64,000 nt of DNA from Spironucleus salmonicida (Eukaryota). The position numbers and the translations under genes were made by a program. The notes beneath the pieces were generated by a model. That model was not told where the DNA came from. It worked only from the letters and a program-made list of their open reading frames with translations, and ran no database searches. The number at the start of each line of letters is the position of its first letter. The stretch's first letter is position 1. Shown one piece after another: positions 1 to 13,000 of this stretch. The stretch spans positions 248,001 through 312,000 of the forward strand of contig NC_090598.1 of assembly GCF_000497125.1 (NCBI RefSeq), in the 5' to 3' direction.

Positions 1-586
1 ATATGCCATAATATAAAATTTTAGGTACCATAAAATTGACTATTTAAAATAGTATGGATGTTTAATATTTTATTGAGAATTATAAATTAATTTAGTTTTA
101 AGTAACTCATTTAAGTAGATTTAACATCTCATTAATGGGTCTTGGTTGGCTTGATGACCATAAGCTTTAATAACTTATATTTGAATGAAATATAAATTTA
201 AACTATTATTTATATTATCATAGAATTTCCATCTTTGGTTCGACAGTTATTTTTAAAATCTTTGTAGTATATTTTAACAATTATTTTATATCTTATTTTT
301 ATTAAGCCATGTTATGATATCTTATTAGTAAAATGACTAATTTAATTTTTTTAATAAGTTATAGCAAATTCATAATTAAAATATGCATTAGTATAAAACT
401 ATTTATTATATAAAGTAACAAATAGTATGATACAATTAGAATTTTAAACCAAAACCTGATTAAGAAAAAGATATTATTAGCAAAGGTGAAAAATAATACA
501 ATGTCAGAACTAAGTTTTAAGTAAATATTTACACTAATAATAAATTATTAATATAATAAATATCTTATATAATAGTATATTGCTTA

Positions 587-1063
587 TCAATATACATTAT
601 CACTATCATCCTATAACTCTTAAGGTGTTTTATTTAAATCAATAATATTTAATGCTAATAAATCTTTTAGTAAACGATCCGGTATAAGGCGTTTCCAGCT
701 TTTAATTTAGTTATTAAAAGCTATGTTAAAAGTAATTTTATCATATGATCTTGATAACTTAGACTAAATTAACTATTTATAACTCTTATCCCAAATACAA
801 CCGTTATCTAAAAGTTCAAATACCATTATCCTCATAAGTTTAGAATCTTATGTACTTAATGGAATTAACTTACATCTTAAATAAGTTTCATTATACCATC
901 TCTTGAGTTTATTAAAATCATACTTTAAATAAGCTGAGGCTTGCTTCCAATCCATTCTATTACTCAAGTAATAATCAAATTATGTTTCAGATAATTCATT
1001 GATTTTTAAATCCTATAACACGTATGAAAATACTTTTTTTAAAATTTAATTTTTAAAGTTCAT
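587..1063 (-). CDS. Hypothetical protein, 158 aa (possible divergent Myb/HTH-like fold)
   Basis: Table-6 ORF from ATG 1063 to TGA 587: MNFKNQILKKVFSYVLQDLK...MDWKQASAYLKYDFNKLKRWYNETYLR. The Trp spacing is reminiscent of Myb-like helices (inference). Confidence 0.6.
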
Positions 1064-1115
1064 TTTAATAAAATGAAACTACACATAATATTAGAATGAT
1101 TTGATTCACTAATAA

Positions 1116-1505
1116 TCAATTTTATGAAGATGTATCAAATACACATAACACATCCTAAATGAAAAATGTAGTTCCTTTATCTTCAGATATCCATTGGTTA
1201 CATGCAACAAAAATCGCTGCTCGAATGATTATTTTAAAATTTTCTGACTTATCCTTATCATAAAACATAAAAATTTATTCTACTACATTTTCTCTTGATG
1301 TTATATCTTCCATTGACATAACTAAATCTCTTTCATAATTAATAGCGTTAAAACAATGAATATCAGTGTAAAATTTAAAAATTTTATTGAAAATAAAAGA
1401 AATAAGTGCTTAAAATTCTTACTTAGAAGAATGCTTTTATAAATATATTTATATAGTATGTATTTTATACTCAGGAGCATAATTTTTCAAATATAACATT
1501 TACAT
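1116..1505 (-). CDS. Hypothetical protein, 129 aa
   Basis: Table-6 ORF MQMLYLKNYAPEY...FDTSSQN*, divergent from the next gene across a 49-nt spacer. Confidence 0.5.
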
Positions 1506-1554
1506 TTTAATAGAAATCAACTTTTTAAATAATATTATCTCATATACTAAATAA

Positions 1555-2547
1555 ATGTATTTCTCTAAAATGGCTGGTTTTTCTATTTGTATTAAACCTT
1601 CCTCATAGCAAGTTAAAAAACAACCAACACCAAATATTAACCTTTCACCAAACTACACATTTTTTCCTACGACTTCGCCATAATTATCTCATCAGTGTTT
1701 TCCTACCATTTTCAAAAATAAAAATTCATAGTATTTTTTGATCGAAAACTCTTCAGAATTTAGAGCTGAAAATTGTCAAAATTGCTCATTTGTAGTTATT
1801 TCAAATATTCAGGCTGTATCTATAGATGAGTGTAAAAACTGTTCATTTGTAATTCTAGCGTGTGCAGGATCTACTTTCATTCGAGACTGTATAAACTGTT
1901 CTTTTGCCATGGCTACTGCATAAACACGTACTAGAGACGTTTATGATAGTACATTTTGGCTTTGGTCACTCACTGGAATGATAGTAGAAGGATGTAAGAA
2001 TCTAGGAATATATAGCTTTTTAGTAAGAGTTATTCCTGAAACAGCTGAAAAATTAGTTAATGGAGCATAAAAAGTCATTTCCGATGCTAAGATTTACTAT
2101 AATAAGTATGACTAAACCCATGATTTCACTAATGGCTAAAGCACATATTCATGCATAACTTTTCCAGAGTTGAAGGCAGGAATGCCAAGTTGGTAACTTC
2201 CGCCAATTTGTGGTGATTTTGATGACAAAAATGGTAATTTTTCAACTCTTAATATCCCATGTATTTTTAAAAATGAAAATACCAATAATAGCATTGCTAT
2301 TAACTGTACCAAGTAAGTGGCGTGTTATATCGCTAGCCCAATTTTCTTTAAGTAGAATCAATTGAAATGCATAAAAGCAATTTTTGATAGAAACAAAATA
2401 ATGAAAGTTGGAAAGAAAATGTTTGACTATTATGTAGTAGTGGAGGGTAATATTAATATGGATACACTATTAGAGAAACTTGACTTTACATAATAAGCAT
2501 TAGTATGTGATGAGGTTGATTTAAAAATTATTTAGAATATTGAGTGA
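1555..2547 (+). CDS. Tubulin-binding cofactor C domain protein (RP2/XRP2-like), ~330 aa
   Basis: Beta-helix motifs ENCQNCS, IDECKNCS, STFIRDCINCS, then AQTRTRD (TBCC Q-x-R-x-R-D, with Q encoded by TAA) and IVEGCKNL. Ends GAG TGA. Alternative ATG at 1570. Confidence 0.85.
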
Positions 2548-2900
2548 TATGGATTGTATAATCTTAAATAATAAAATGTTCATTAAGAAATAATAACTCA
2601 AAATATTTAATGTTTGCATTAAAAGTTGTTCAATGTTCACGGTTGACCATATAACAGTTAAACAGTCAGGAGTGGAAATATATTTAGATGTTGATTAGTA
2701 TATTTATAGAGAACTAATTTCGTTGATTCTAGAATTTATTTTATTTTAGATCAATGTTAAATTATAACATAAAAACAAACATACCCAACAGTTAGGCATA
2801 TATAATAATTTATAAATACTTAGAGTTTATGTTTTTAACTAAATATATATTATTTTATTATATGATATTATATATTATTTTATTATTTGTATCCTCTAAA

Positions 2901-3263
2901 ATGTTACTATTACTTGCTGAATTACAAATTGAAACTATTCATGAAGGCGATAATACTCATTTCCCTAAGAAAGGTGATAAAATTACAGTTCATTACACTG
3001 GTACACTTTTAGATGGTACCTAATTTGATTCTTCTGTTGATCGTAATCAACCGTTTGATTTTACTGTTGGTGTAGGTTAAGTTATCAAAGGATGGGATGA
3101 AGGTCTTTTAAAGATGTCAATAGGATAAAAAACTAAACTTATCATCCCTAGTAACATGGCATATGGTTCAAGAGGTGCAGGATCTATTATTCCTCCCAAT
3201 GCCGATTTAGTATTTTATGTTGAATTGCTTAAAATCAATGGTAAAGCATAAGATGAACTTTGA
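2901..3263 (+). CDS. FKBP: FKBP-type peptidyl-prolyl isomerase, ER-type (C-terminal QDEL), 120 aa
   Basis: [49 protein letters not shown]. Short hydrophobic N-terminus MLLLLA; ends AQDEL*. Confidence 0.95.
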
Positions 3264-3979
3264 TACTATTATTTTATTGTGTTTATTTTAATAGATTTTT
3301 GACCATTGTATATTGCTAATATTAAATTTTATAATAAATACTTAAATTTATAAAACTTATCAACATGGTGATATAATAGTATAATACTACAATATATTAT
3401 ATATTGTCATAATTATCGTCAATTATATAACTATCTTCACTTCAAAAATATCAAATAGTTTATTTCAGAGATTATAATGATTTGCAGTTTCGATAATAAA
3501 AATCACTTGCTTACATAATATTATTTCAGCAAATATATAAAAGTCTATTTTTATTGCAGATAGAACAAACGATGAACAATTGATATAAAATAGTATTATA
3601 ATTTGTAAAATTGTAATTTATGAGTTGAAATATAAAAATTTGGTTATATAGTTATACACAGATTTTACTATTAGAAAATAATGCGTATCAAATCTAATTC
3701 TTCTGATGTCTTTAAATTTCAACAATAATTCATATTAAGAAAATATACCTATACTCAAGTTTAACTGTTCTATGAAAAATAATAGAATTAAGTGAAACGA
3801 TAATAATAATATTAAATTGTAAATACATTTTCAATATAAATATTTTATCATAATTACTAGAAATACAAAAGCCTCAATTATAATCAATATTGAAATAGTC
3901 AAAACATAACAGTAAAGTAATTAAGATTGTTCTCTTAGAAATATAAAATTATATAAATACATTCCGTGATGATACTAAG

Positions 3980-5002
3980 TCAGTCCAGTATTTCTATTAC
4001 CTCAAGCGCGCCATCCCCACTGCCTGCCCATAGCTAGCTTCCTAGCATGCACGCAGAAGTAAGACCACTGATGCTGGGAGTTACTGCATGGTGCTGTGTG
4101 AAGAGGCTGGTGATAGCGAACACGCGAATGCTGCTGTGGTGTACCAGAACGACCCGCCCGTCGGAAACTCCCGCGGACACCACTGTATGCCCGCTCGCGA
4201 AGGACTTCACCAGTTTCAGCCCCAGTTCCTCGATGGCAAAGATGGAACCGTCTCGCGATACCACGATCACCAGTGTGGGCTGCTGGGTGGCCTGTGATAC
4301 CTGGATGGAAAACTCGCCCTTTGGAACGGCGCAGATAGCCATAATTGAGGATTTGCATACGCTGGCCTGTTCGGGCTGAGTACCCGCGCACCGCACCACC
4401 ACCGTGCCGTTGCTTAGACCAAGGAACGCGGACCCGTTTACCAGGTGGCAGCAGGTCACTGTACTGTGCTCTGGGATCTGTGGGCAGAAGCGGTCGATAG
4501 CTGCTCCGGCCATGCCTAGGTGGTGCACGGTGCCCCCTCGCTCCACCACAAGTACCGAGCCACCGGATGCGGCGCATTGCTCCACCAATCCCACCCTCGC
4601 AACTTGGGTTTGATCCTCAGTGCAGATGGTGCCGTCCAAGAGCAAAAATAGGAAGCTGCCCTCCCTCTCCCACACTTTGACGCAGGCCGCCTTGAATACC
4701 ACGAAACTTTGCTGGAGCAGAACGTGGTCTGTGTATCCCCAGAAGCGCACTACCCCGTCCAGAGAAGAGGTTACTATGCTGCTGCTAAACATTGATATGG
4801 CAACCACAGAGTCCTGGTGCGAGTTGTGGCAAAGGTACGTCCTGCGGAATTTCGTGGTGATCACTTTCACCGGCTTAAAGAGGTCGACCAGCTTGCTCGC
4901 TTATTGGGTAAATTTACGCTAAATTGATTTGGAATTATCTAATAAATGTATATACCCACTAACTTAGTCATCATTTTGGTGATCGATAACTGCTATTTAC
5001 AT
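3980..5002 (-). CDS. WD40-repeat protein, 340 aa, GC-rich
   Basis: Extends track ORF 4034-4870 through TAA/TAG to ATG 5002 and TGA 3980. WD motifs: HQDSVVAISMFSSSIVTSSLDGVVRFW and LWAGSGDGALEV. Confidence 0.8.
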
Positions 5003-5829
5003 TACCAATCAAAATAAAATAATATATTATTATTTAATAAAGTAATATAATTCTACACAACAACTTAGAAATTACGATGTTATTTTTTTAGATCTACATG
5101 CGTAAATTAAATTTAATACTTTGCATTATTATATCTATACTAGTCTGGAGCTAATGATATTTATTATTACATCAGAATATAGATAGATTATTAAATTTAA
5201 CAGTGTTATAAAATTACTATATACATTTAATTATCTATAAACTTTGAAGAACGATATAAGTTAATTTAATAATTATTATATTAAAAAATTAAAACCTTAG
5301 AACAGACTAAATTAGAGCATCAAAATAGAGTAGTAAAAACAGGTTAAAAAGTTAAAAAATATTTTGAAAATGGCAGAGTTATTTGGCACCAAGAGATACG
5401 AGTCACCTAGCTTCCTAAACCCCCTGTTGTGGACTGAAACTGGCAATCGGAAGCCACATGGCTAGAGATCGATAAATCAGTCGTTTTTTTGATTTCTTTG
5501 TCAAGGGAATGAAAATAAAAAATAGAATCACACTGAATTTTTAATAATTATTTATCTATATAATAATGATATAAATACTTAAAAAATTATACTAACTTGT
5601 GTAATTATTAATATTTTATTGCATTATCCTTTATTTTTATTTTTATTGATTAAATACAATGGTTTTCAAATAAAAACTAGAGCACTATAATACTGTATGA
5701 ATATATGTAAAAATTATGCACAGTGAGCATAATCTATTACCATTTATATAAGTATTTATTATATTTTAGAAATTTTACACATTATTTTTAGCTAAAATCA
5801 TTACCTCTTTATCTTTTCTACTCCATAAA

Positions 5830-6546
5830 ATGATCACCCCAGAAATAATGATCAAAGCTCTTAAAAAGTAAATGATAGCAAAGCGTGGCAATGTTACTTT
5901 TATTGGAATTGCAGGAGGATCTGCTTCAGGTAAGACTACTATAGGATAACTTATTCGTGATTATTTTGATACAAAATCTGTATCTCATCTTTCTGTTGAT
6001 TTGTTTTACAAGGATCAGACGCCTGAAATAATTACTAGGTATGATGGAAAAGTTGATTATGATGATCCATTTATGTTGGATGAGAGAGAACTTCTTAATA
6101 CCATCAACTAGTTAAAAGAGCGAAAGTCAGTTAACTGTCCGATTTATGATTACTCGCTTTCCAAACATGTTGAACAATATGAAAAAATTGAAGCAGCTGA
6201 TATTATCATAATCGAAGGTATCTATTCTTATTATTGGAAGATCATTGCCGAAGTTTGTAATCTTAGAATTTTCGTTGATTGCTCTGGTGAATAAAGACTT
6301 ATCAGGCGTATCAGAAGAGACATAGCTGAGCGTGGTAGAGATCTTGATGGCATACTTTCTTAATACGAATAATAAGTTAAACCTGCTTATGACAAATGGG
6401 TAGTATCCTAGAAAAAGAACGCAAATCTTGTTATTCCTTGGGATGCAATCGATGAGCAAGCTAATTTTGAAGCAGTTGAATTGCTTGTTAATCATATTTC
6501 AGTTTTATGCGAAACAAGACCAAATTCACCTAAAAAATCTGAGTGA
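5830..6546 (+). CDS. udk: Uridine kinase family protein, 238 aa
   Basis: IGIAGGSASGKTT (P-loop), VDLFYKD, CPIYDYS, IIIIEGI, RIFVD, RLIRRIRRDIAERGRDLDG, VKPAYDKWV. Ends GAG TGA. Confidence 0.95.
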
Positions 6547-6844
6547 TATTCTTTCGCAAATAGGACTTATTGCAAATATTACTTTTAAGATGTTAATTTC
6601 TAATTATTTTTCTATTTAATTATGATAGTTACTGTACTTTTCTATCTTAATCAGGAAATCAAATTATATGTAGTTTCAAGTATCAACCATTATTATTGTT
6701 ATACTTCAATAAATTGGTAGATAATGAGAATCTATACAAACTAAACATTAATTTATTTCTTTGTCTTATTACCCTTTTCTTCTTTTATTTAACTTTTTCT
6801 ATATGATATCCAATATTATATGATTATTTAAAGTTACTTTTTAA

Positions 6845-7561
6845 ATGGACCCAAAGTTCAAGCGCTTGAAGCCTATCTCTAATGATGATTTAGTTCTATT
6901 ATAATCACTAACTAAGTAAACTACACCAGAAATTATTACTAAAACACATGAGCTTAACGAAATTCTTAATTTATTAAAAGAATTAAAACATGTTCTTTAG
7001 ACTAAATTACCATAGGTTATGACTCCAACTACGTCAGTTTAGTAATCAGTATGGACACCATAAAATCACAGGAAATTTCTGGAACTTTAGTCCTAGTAGA
7101 TGTCATGGTAACAAATGCATGAATTATTAAAACCTTTGACGATATAGTAAATTCGATCTCATAACTAAAAATTCTAAGTTAAATTATAGCGAGTTGTTAA
7201 GTAAATAGGAATACCTAGAACTGATGGTATTCATGCTTTATTTGCTAGTTATTTAGGAATAGTAGTAATTGGAGACAGGATAATCTTTGACGATTCTTAG
7301 TTAATAGAAAAGAAAGCAGGAAGAATAGATAGTTATTCAGATTCGTGTTAAACTATTTAGCATGAAATGAGGCTTCCATAAAAAACGATTAAAATATTAG
7401 ATACTCCTCATGGCTAAAATGTGGCAGGATTAATAGGAAGTTTAGTTATTAGTAAAGAACCAGCATAAAATTGGGATCTCTGTGTTATGATATAGTTTTA
7501 GATTGAATAACAAGAAGCTAGGGAGATAATTGCCAATGTTTTATATGAATCCTTGAAATGA
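6845..7561 (+). CDS. Myb/SANT-domain protein (SHAQKYF class), 238 aa
   Basis: WTPQNHRKFLE...SWQQMHELLKPLTIQQIRSHNQKF matches the WTxxEHxxFL...TxxQxxSHAQKY pattern. Confidence 0.8.
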
Positions 7562-7611
7562 GTTATAAGTTTATTATATATTGATAATTTTAAAACTAAT
7601 ACAATAAAGAA

Positions 7612-8871
7612 ATGGAAGTGGTGACAATAAGTTACGGAAAGAACCCAGCCTTTATGGACTAACATTTTTGGAACATATTATAAAAAAATCCCGAACAATT
7701 TAATTGTAATTTCTATCAGAAAAATGACGAGTTCATACCAAGAGCTGTTACATTTTGCAATGCAGATGATATCGGTCCAACACCATGGGGTCTAGATCTC
7801 CCTGAAATTGATCAATAGGATGATTCCCAAATTATTAATAATTAAAAACCTCTATCAGACTATCACTAAAACTATTTTAAAAAAAGTAGTGAGATTTATA
7901 ATTAGGCATATGCTTAGTCTGGTGCATTACTATATACTGCCTGGTAGAACAATCAGTTAAATTTTATAGAAGATGCTAGAGTCAAATTAAATAATATTTA
8001 ACTCCCGACGGACTTTATGGAAAACAAACGGACTTTCATACCATTTACGGATTTTGATCATGAAAAAGTTAATTTATTGGACAATATAAGAATTTAACTT
8101 GAAAAATGTGATTCTATTGATACTTTTTTCATGTTTTAGGAGCCAGATTATCAGTCTAGTTAACTTGAAATTCTAGATTTTTTGTCTTAAAACACACCAA
8201 AAACATCAATTTTTGTTTATGATATTGACCATTCTGAGATGAAATTTAAATAGATTTATCAGTCAAAATTTTAATATGATTTAAATGATTTCAGTACTCA
8301 CGGAGTGCTTGTGAGATAGGCGTAGCAAGATGTATATTAGGACTCGTCAATTTCTGCTATTTAATTAGCTTAATTTATTAAAAAGTTATCGACTGATAAA
8401 TACGAAATTGATAATATTTTAAGAGGAATCTAAACCAGCCCTATTCAAAATTTATTGAAATCTTATTAGGTATTAGAAGGGGATTTGAACGAAGAAGTTG
8501 ACCTTGAAGATATGATACAAAATAGTTTTTCGAGCGTTTTATTAAAAGATGAAAAAGTTAATGCTCGACATAATAGATGGCTTTAAATTTAATAGGCTGA
8601 TATTGAATTATCAGATACCTTTCCATTCTTATTTAAAAAAATTTTAGGAATTGATTGGAGGACCCAAGTAAGGTAAGAATAATTATTATACAATGGAAAA
8701 TAGAATAAAACAATGTTAGATAGTTCTATTGATTTATTCTAAAGAGTACGTTAATAGCTTGTCTTTGGAATTGATGAAGATTAGTATTAACAATCTAAAG
8801 AGTTTATTTTGAATTAGTACGAAGCATATGGTGGTTGCGTTGATCATGACTTTTTAAGTGATAGTGAGTGA
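7612..8871 (+). CDS. Misato/DML1-like tubulin-related protein, 419 aa
   Basis: N-terminus MEVVTISYG...QHFWNIL...FIPRAV and internal LEKCDSIDTF resemble Misato/tubulin segments. No GGGTGSG signature. Acidic end DFLSDSE*. Confidence 0.65.
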
Positions 8872-9342
8872 TACATAATACGTAAGTATTAATTTAACAC
8901 ACGAGTTGTGCCAAGATGATAGCATTTAACTTACATAAATAGTGTATTTTCTATTTATCTTTAGTCTTATGTTAGTTAATATAATAATTAAATATCAATA
9001 TATTACTTAGTTAATATCTTTACTCCTATTGTGTATTGCTAATATCTGTAGTCACAATTTTTTTATTTCATGTTAAAAACAATATTTTAAATTTATATGA
9101 TATAGGCTTAATATTATGTATTATACTATAATACCCTATCTAACTCTTTTTTTTCAGTATCTGAACTATATTTCGTCGATAAGTATTTGTAACAGTTAAC
9201 CATTAAAATTCAATTTTATATATCAATATATTTTGTTCACTAAAATAATAAATTATATATTATTATAATATAAAATGCAGATCTTTACAATTTAAATTAT
9301 TAAATATTAAAACAGAATTATTAAATTATAATTAATACAAAA

Positions 9343-9921
9343 ATGTCTTCTATAAATTACTCAACATCGAAATCTGTTGGTAAATCAATAGTAACAAAAT
9401 CCCAAATTACAAACAAACAATTCATAAAAGCAGCAAAGTAGCTTTAATAAAAATTTTCCATTTATGAAGATGCACATGCGGCAGCTCTTGGAGTATTACT
9501 TTAGCTAGATGAATCAAAACCATCTGATTACGATACTATTATTTATAATAAAGTATTTAATAGTATTTTGGAGATTTTAGCCTAGGAAACATCACTGTCA
9601 TAGTTTACTCTTCTCGAGGCTGCAAATAAAATATTAAAATATTAAAAGTCCTAATACTAATAGTATTCTTATGCAGCGCTATCCTATATAAATAGATGTG
9701 GGTTTAAGTCTGTCTGGGAATCTAATGCAAATTGCTTTAAAGGCCCAAATTTCTAGTTACTGTTAGATGAAGGTGTGAGGATTGAAATTTGCGGAGTCTA
9801 AAAACTAGTATAAGCAGATATTGAGTCTATTGTTATCAAAGATAATCTTGGTCTCCCTAGAGAATGGGAAAATCGTAAGAATGATTATAAGACAGCTTAA
9901 TTTATTAGTGATTTACTTTGA
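9343..9921 (+). CDS. Hypothetical protein, 192 aa
   Basis: Table-6 ORF MSSINYSTSKSVGK...FISDLL* with AAAATG start context. Confidence 0.7.
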
Positions 9922-10058
9922 TGTAGAATCGACTATTTTCAATATATCTTTATTTTTTTATGTTTTACTACAATACCTAATATTCAATATATATAATATT
10001 CAAAAATAATTAATATACATTATTATATTGAGTAATAACAATACCTCTCGATTTAAAT

Positions 10059-13000
10059 ATGCTTGAATCCTTAATAGTCAATAAGCTATAAGATTTAGCA
10101 ACAAAATATTTGGATAATTTTGATAAAAATATGCTTAATATTTCAATTGGTAAAGGTGATGTTGAAATCAGAAACCTTTCTTTAAAGTCTGATGCACTTT
10201 CAGAAGTTTTGCCTGGATTGGGGGTAAAAGCAGGTTTTCTATCAAAATTAAATCTTAAATTTTCAATAACAAAACTTAAAACGGAACCTATCTAGGTATT
10301 TATCGAGGATTTATTAATTCTAGCCGTTTCAAAAGATGAGTTAGAGCTAGATACAAAAACTTTATAGGATTAGCTGCAACTAAAAATTAAAGAGAAGATT
10401 AAACATGTATTTTAAGCAGAGTTATTTGAAGAGGAAAAGATTGCTAATGGAGATAAAGCTGGGAAAAAATCTAAGTTTGTTTCAGGTTTAATAAATTCAG
10501 TATTGAATAATCTAAAAATTTAAATTAAAAATTTTCATATAAGATTTGAGAATTAAAAACGTTAACTTTGTGTAGGTTTAGCAGTTGAATCTATTAGTAT
10601 CGATACTGTTCAAATCATAAAAGATGAAGGCACAATTAAAGAAATTCCAATTGTTTTAAAAGAAGATGTAACGATTTTAAGCAAACGATTACAACTCCAA
10701 TCAATGTCTCTCTATATAGATAACTCATTTGAGTGTCTTTCTAATTGTAAGGAGAAGAACGAGGTTAAATAGTTTTTACTGAAAAACATAGCGACAAACA
10801 AGTAAATCCCATCCTTCTCATATGTCATCCACCCAATGTCTGTAAAACTAATTGTGAATTACGACAAAACTGAAAATAATTTCCAGTTCATGGGACCAAA
10901 ATTTTCTGTTACCGCCTCAGTTTCAAACTGCAATTTCAACATTTCGTGTCTTTAACTGGCGAAAACTCTCCACTAGGCCAAAGAACTATCAAAAATCATT
11001 ATCGTGGGCCATATCGAAAACCGCCCATCCCAGCCCATATTATCAGAGCCCTGGTGGTCCTACATGCTCTTAGACACCTACGAACATCCATTCGAGAATC
11101 GCCTAATGTACCCCCTCTACTGCTCTTTGTACGCACAGCACTACATCAATTTTAAGACCAAATTCGCGACTCAGAAGCAGCAGGACGCGTTCGACCGGGA
11201 GGGCTCTGTACTACTAGATTAGAAGCAGAAGGAGTTGATGATTTTGCTGCAGCAGCAATTCAGCGAATAGGAGCTCATATTTTGCAAGGGGCTGGTGCTG
11301 CGCCAACTCGTCGGCGAGAACTTCTAGAAACTCAAAAAGGCGGAATTCAAGTTCAGCGTCCGGGATGAAGAAATCGATTAGCAGATTATGTAGCAAAATG
11401 GAGTCCTCAAAAAGGATGAGTATCCTGTCGGTTTTAAGCTGCTTGATGTTTGCATGAAATTCAATGATATTTAAGTGGCACTGAACGATTCTCAGACTGA
11501 TCAACAGCTTGTGCGGCTTGTCTTAACAAGTGTTTAGGTTGATTTAAAGAAATAATAGCCAGATGTGATTAAATGCGGGCTTCTGATCGGAAATTTCGAA
11601 TTATTTGATTTATCGCATGGGGTGTAGCGCTATAACACGCTGATAAGGAAATTGCCACATAATCCACAAAATATTCTATAATCTATCAAAGATATTGATT
11701 ATAAGGAGAGCAATAGCGATATTTTGTTCGCATTTTCATTTGTTATGCCAAATGTAGATAATTATTACTGTGGTACGTTGGAACTGGATAGTTAGCCGCT
11801 GTCAATAGTTTTAACATCAGAACTATTAGAAATGCTTGTGTTGTTATAGTAATAGTTTGCTGTTTTTTAAAATTAAGAGAAATAAGAAATTATGAATGAA
11901 TAGACGTAATTAGAGGATAAATTTTCATAGATTTAAGATTATTCTGCAAATGCATTGAAACTATCAAAGTAAAATCACAAAAGAATTTAAATTTAGTTAT
12001 CCTTAAATGGATCGATGATAATATTCCCTACGAAATAAGAATAATATATTGTTATTAATCTAGGAAGATTTTTGTTTTAAACTATAAAATAGTAAGACAA
12101 AAATAGTTTTTATGATGAATATGAATTGTTTATGAATAATACATCAATTTTTTCTTTATAAAATAATTTAGATTTCACAGAATTGGTATCATTTTTATAT
12201 TAATTAAATTAAAATAGTGTTTCTAATAATGATTAGAGTAATGAAAAATTTGATCTTTTCAAGCCATTTAATTGTAAAATTAATTTTATTCGTTCTATTC
12301 TATCAAATTATGTATCTACTACTCGATTTTAAGTACATGCTGATTTATCTTAAATAAATTTAAATATAAACGATTATAATTGTTAAGTTATTTATAATAT
12401 TTATTAAGAAATGTTTAACAAGAAAAAAGCTTAAAACTACAATAAAGATAATAAAGATGAAGACAATAGCTTAAAAATTGATTATTAAGATTAGAGTGAA
12501 TAACAACTATCTGAAAAAATACTTAAAATTTAGGATTTTATTGTTTTAGATTTGCAAATATAAATATAACAATTAAAATTAGTGTTGGGAAACTTCTTAA
12601 AGTAGTAATTTAATCCAAATGCAGAAATAATATTAAATATCATGCAAGCTAATTTTTGTCATAAGGTTTATGATAAATAGGTTTCTTTATCGGTAAATGA
12701 TATAATTGTAAATGATCTTATTACAAATGTTAAATTTTTTGAACTATAGAAAGGATTATACGTCGATTTAAAGTTAAAGGATAAAAATTATGACTTAGAT
12801 AATAGATAATTACTTAATTTTGATGTTTAAGATTTAATGTTTAACTATTAGCCCTAGTTTATTTTAAAAATAATAGATTTGTTATTAGGATTTTCAAAAT
12901 AAATATTTAGTGATAATTAAAAATCAGACTCATAAATTTAATTATCAGGAGAAAAATTAAAAACGGGTAAAAATATTGCTAATATTTCTAGAGTAAATGC

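Noticed and set aside
1-580. Possible gene fragment at the window start
   Set aside because: Frames on both strands are interrupted by TGA or lack a start; it cannot be resolved without flanking sequence.
4002-4922. Multiple overlapping track ORFs in the GC island
   Set aside because: They result from stop-codon scarcity at high GC; only the minus frame 5002-3980 has WD40 motifs and proper ends.
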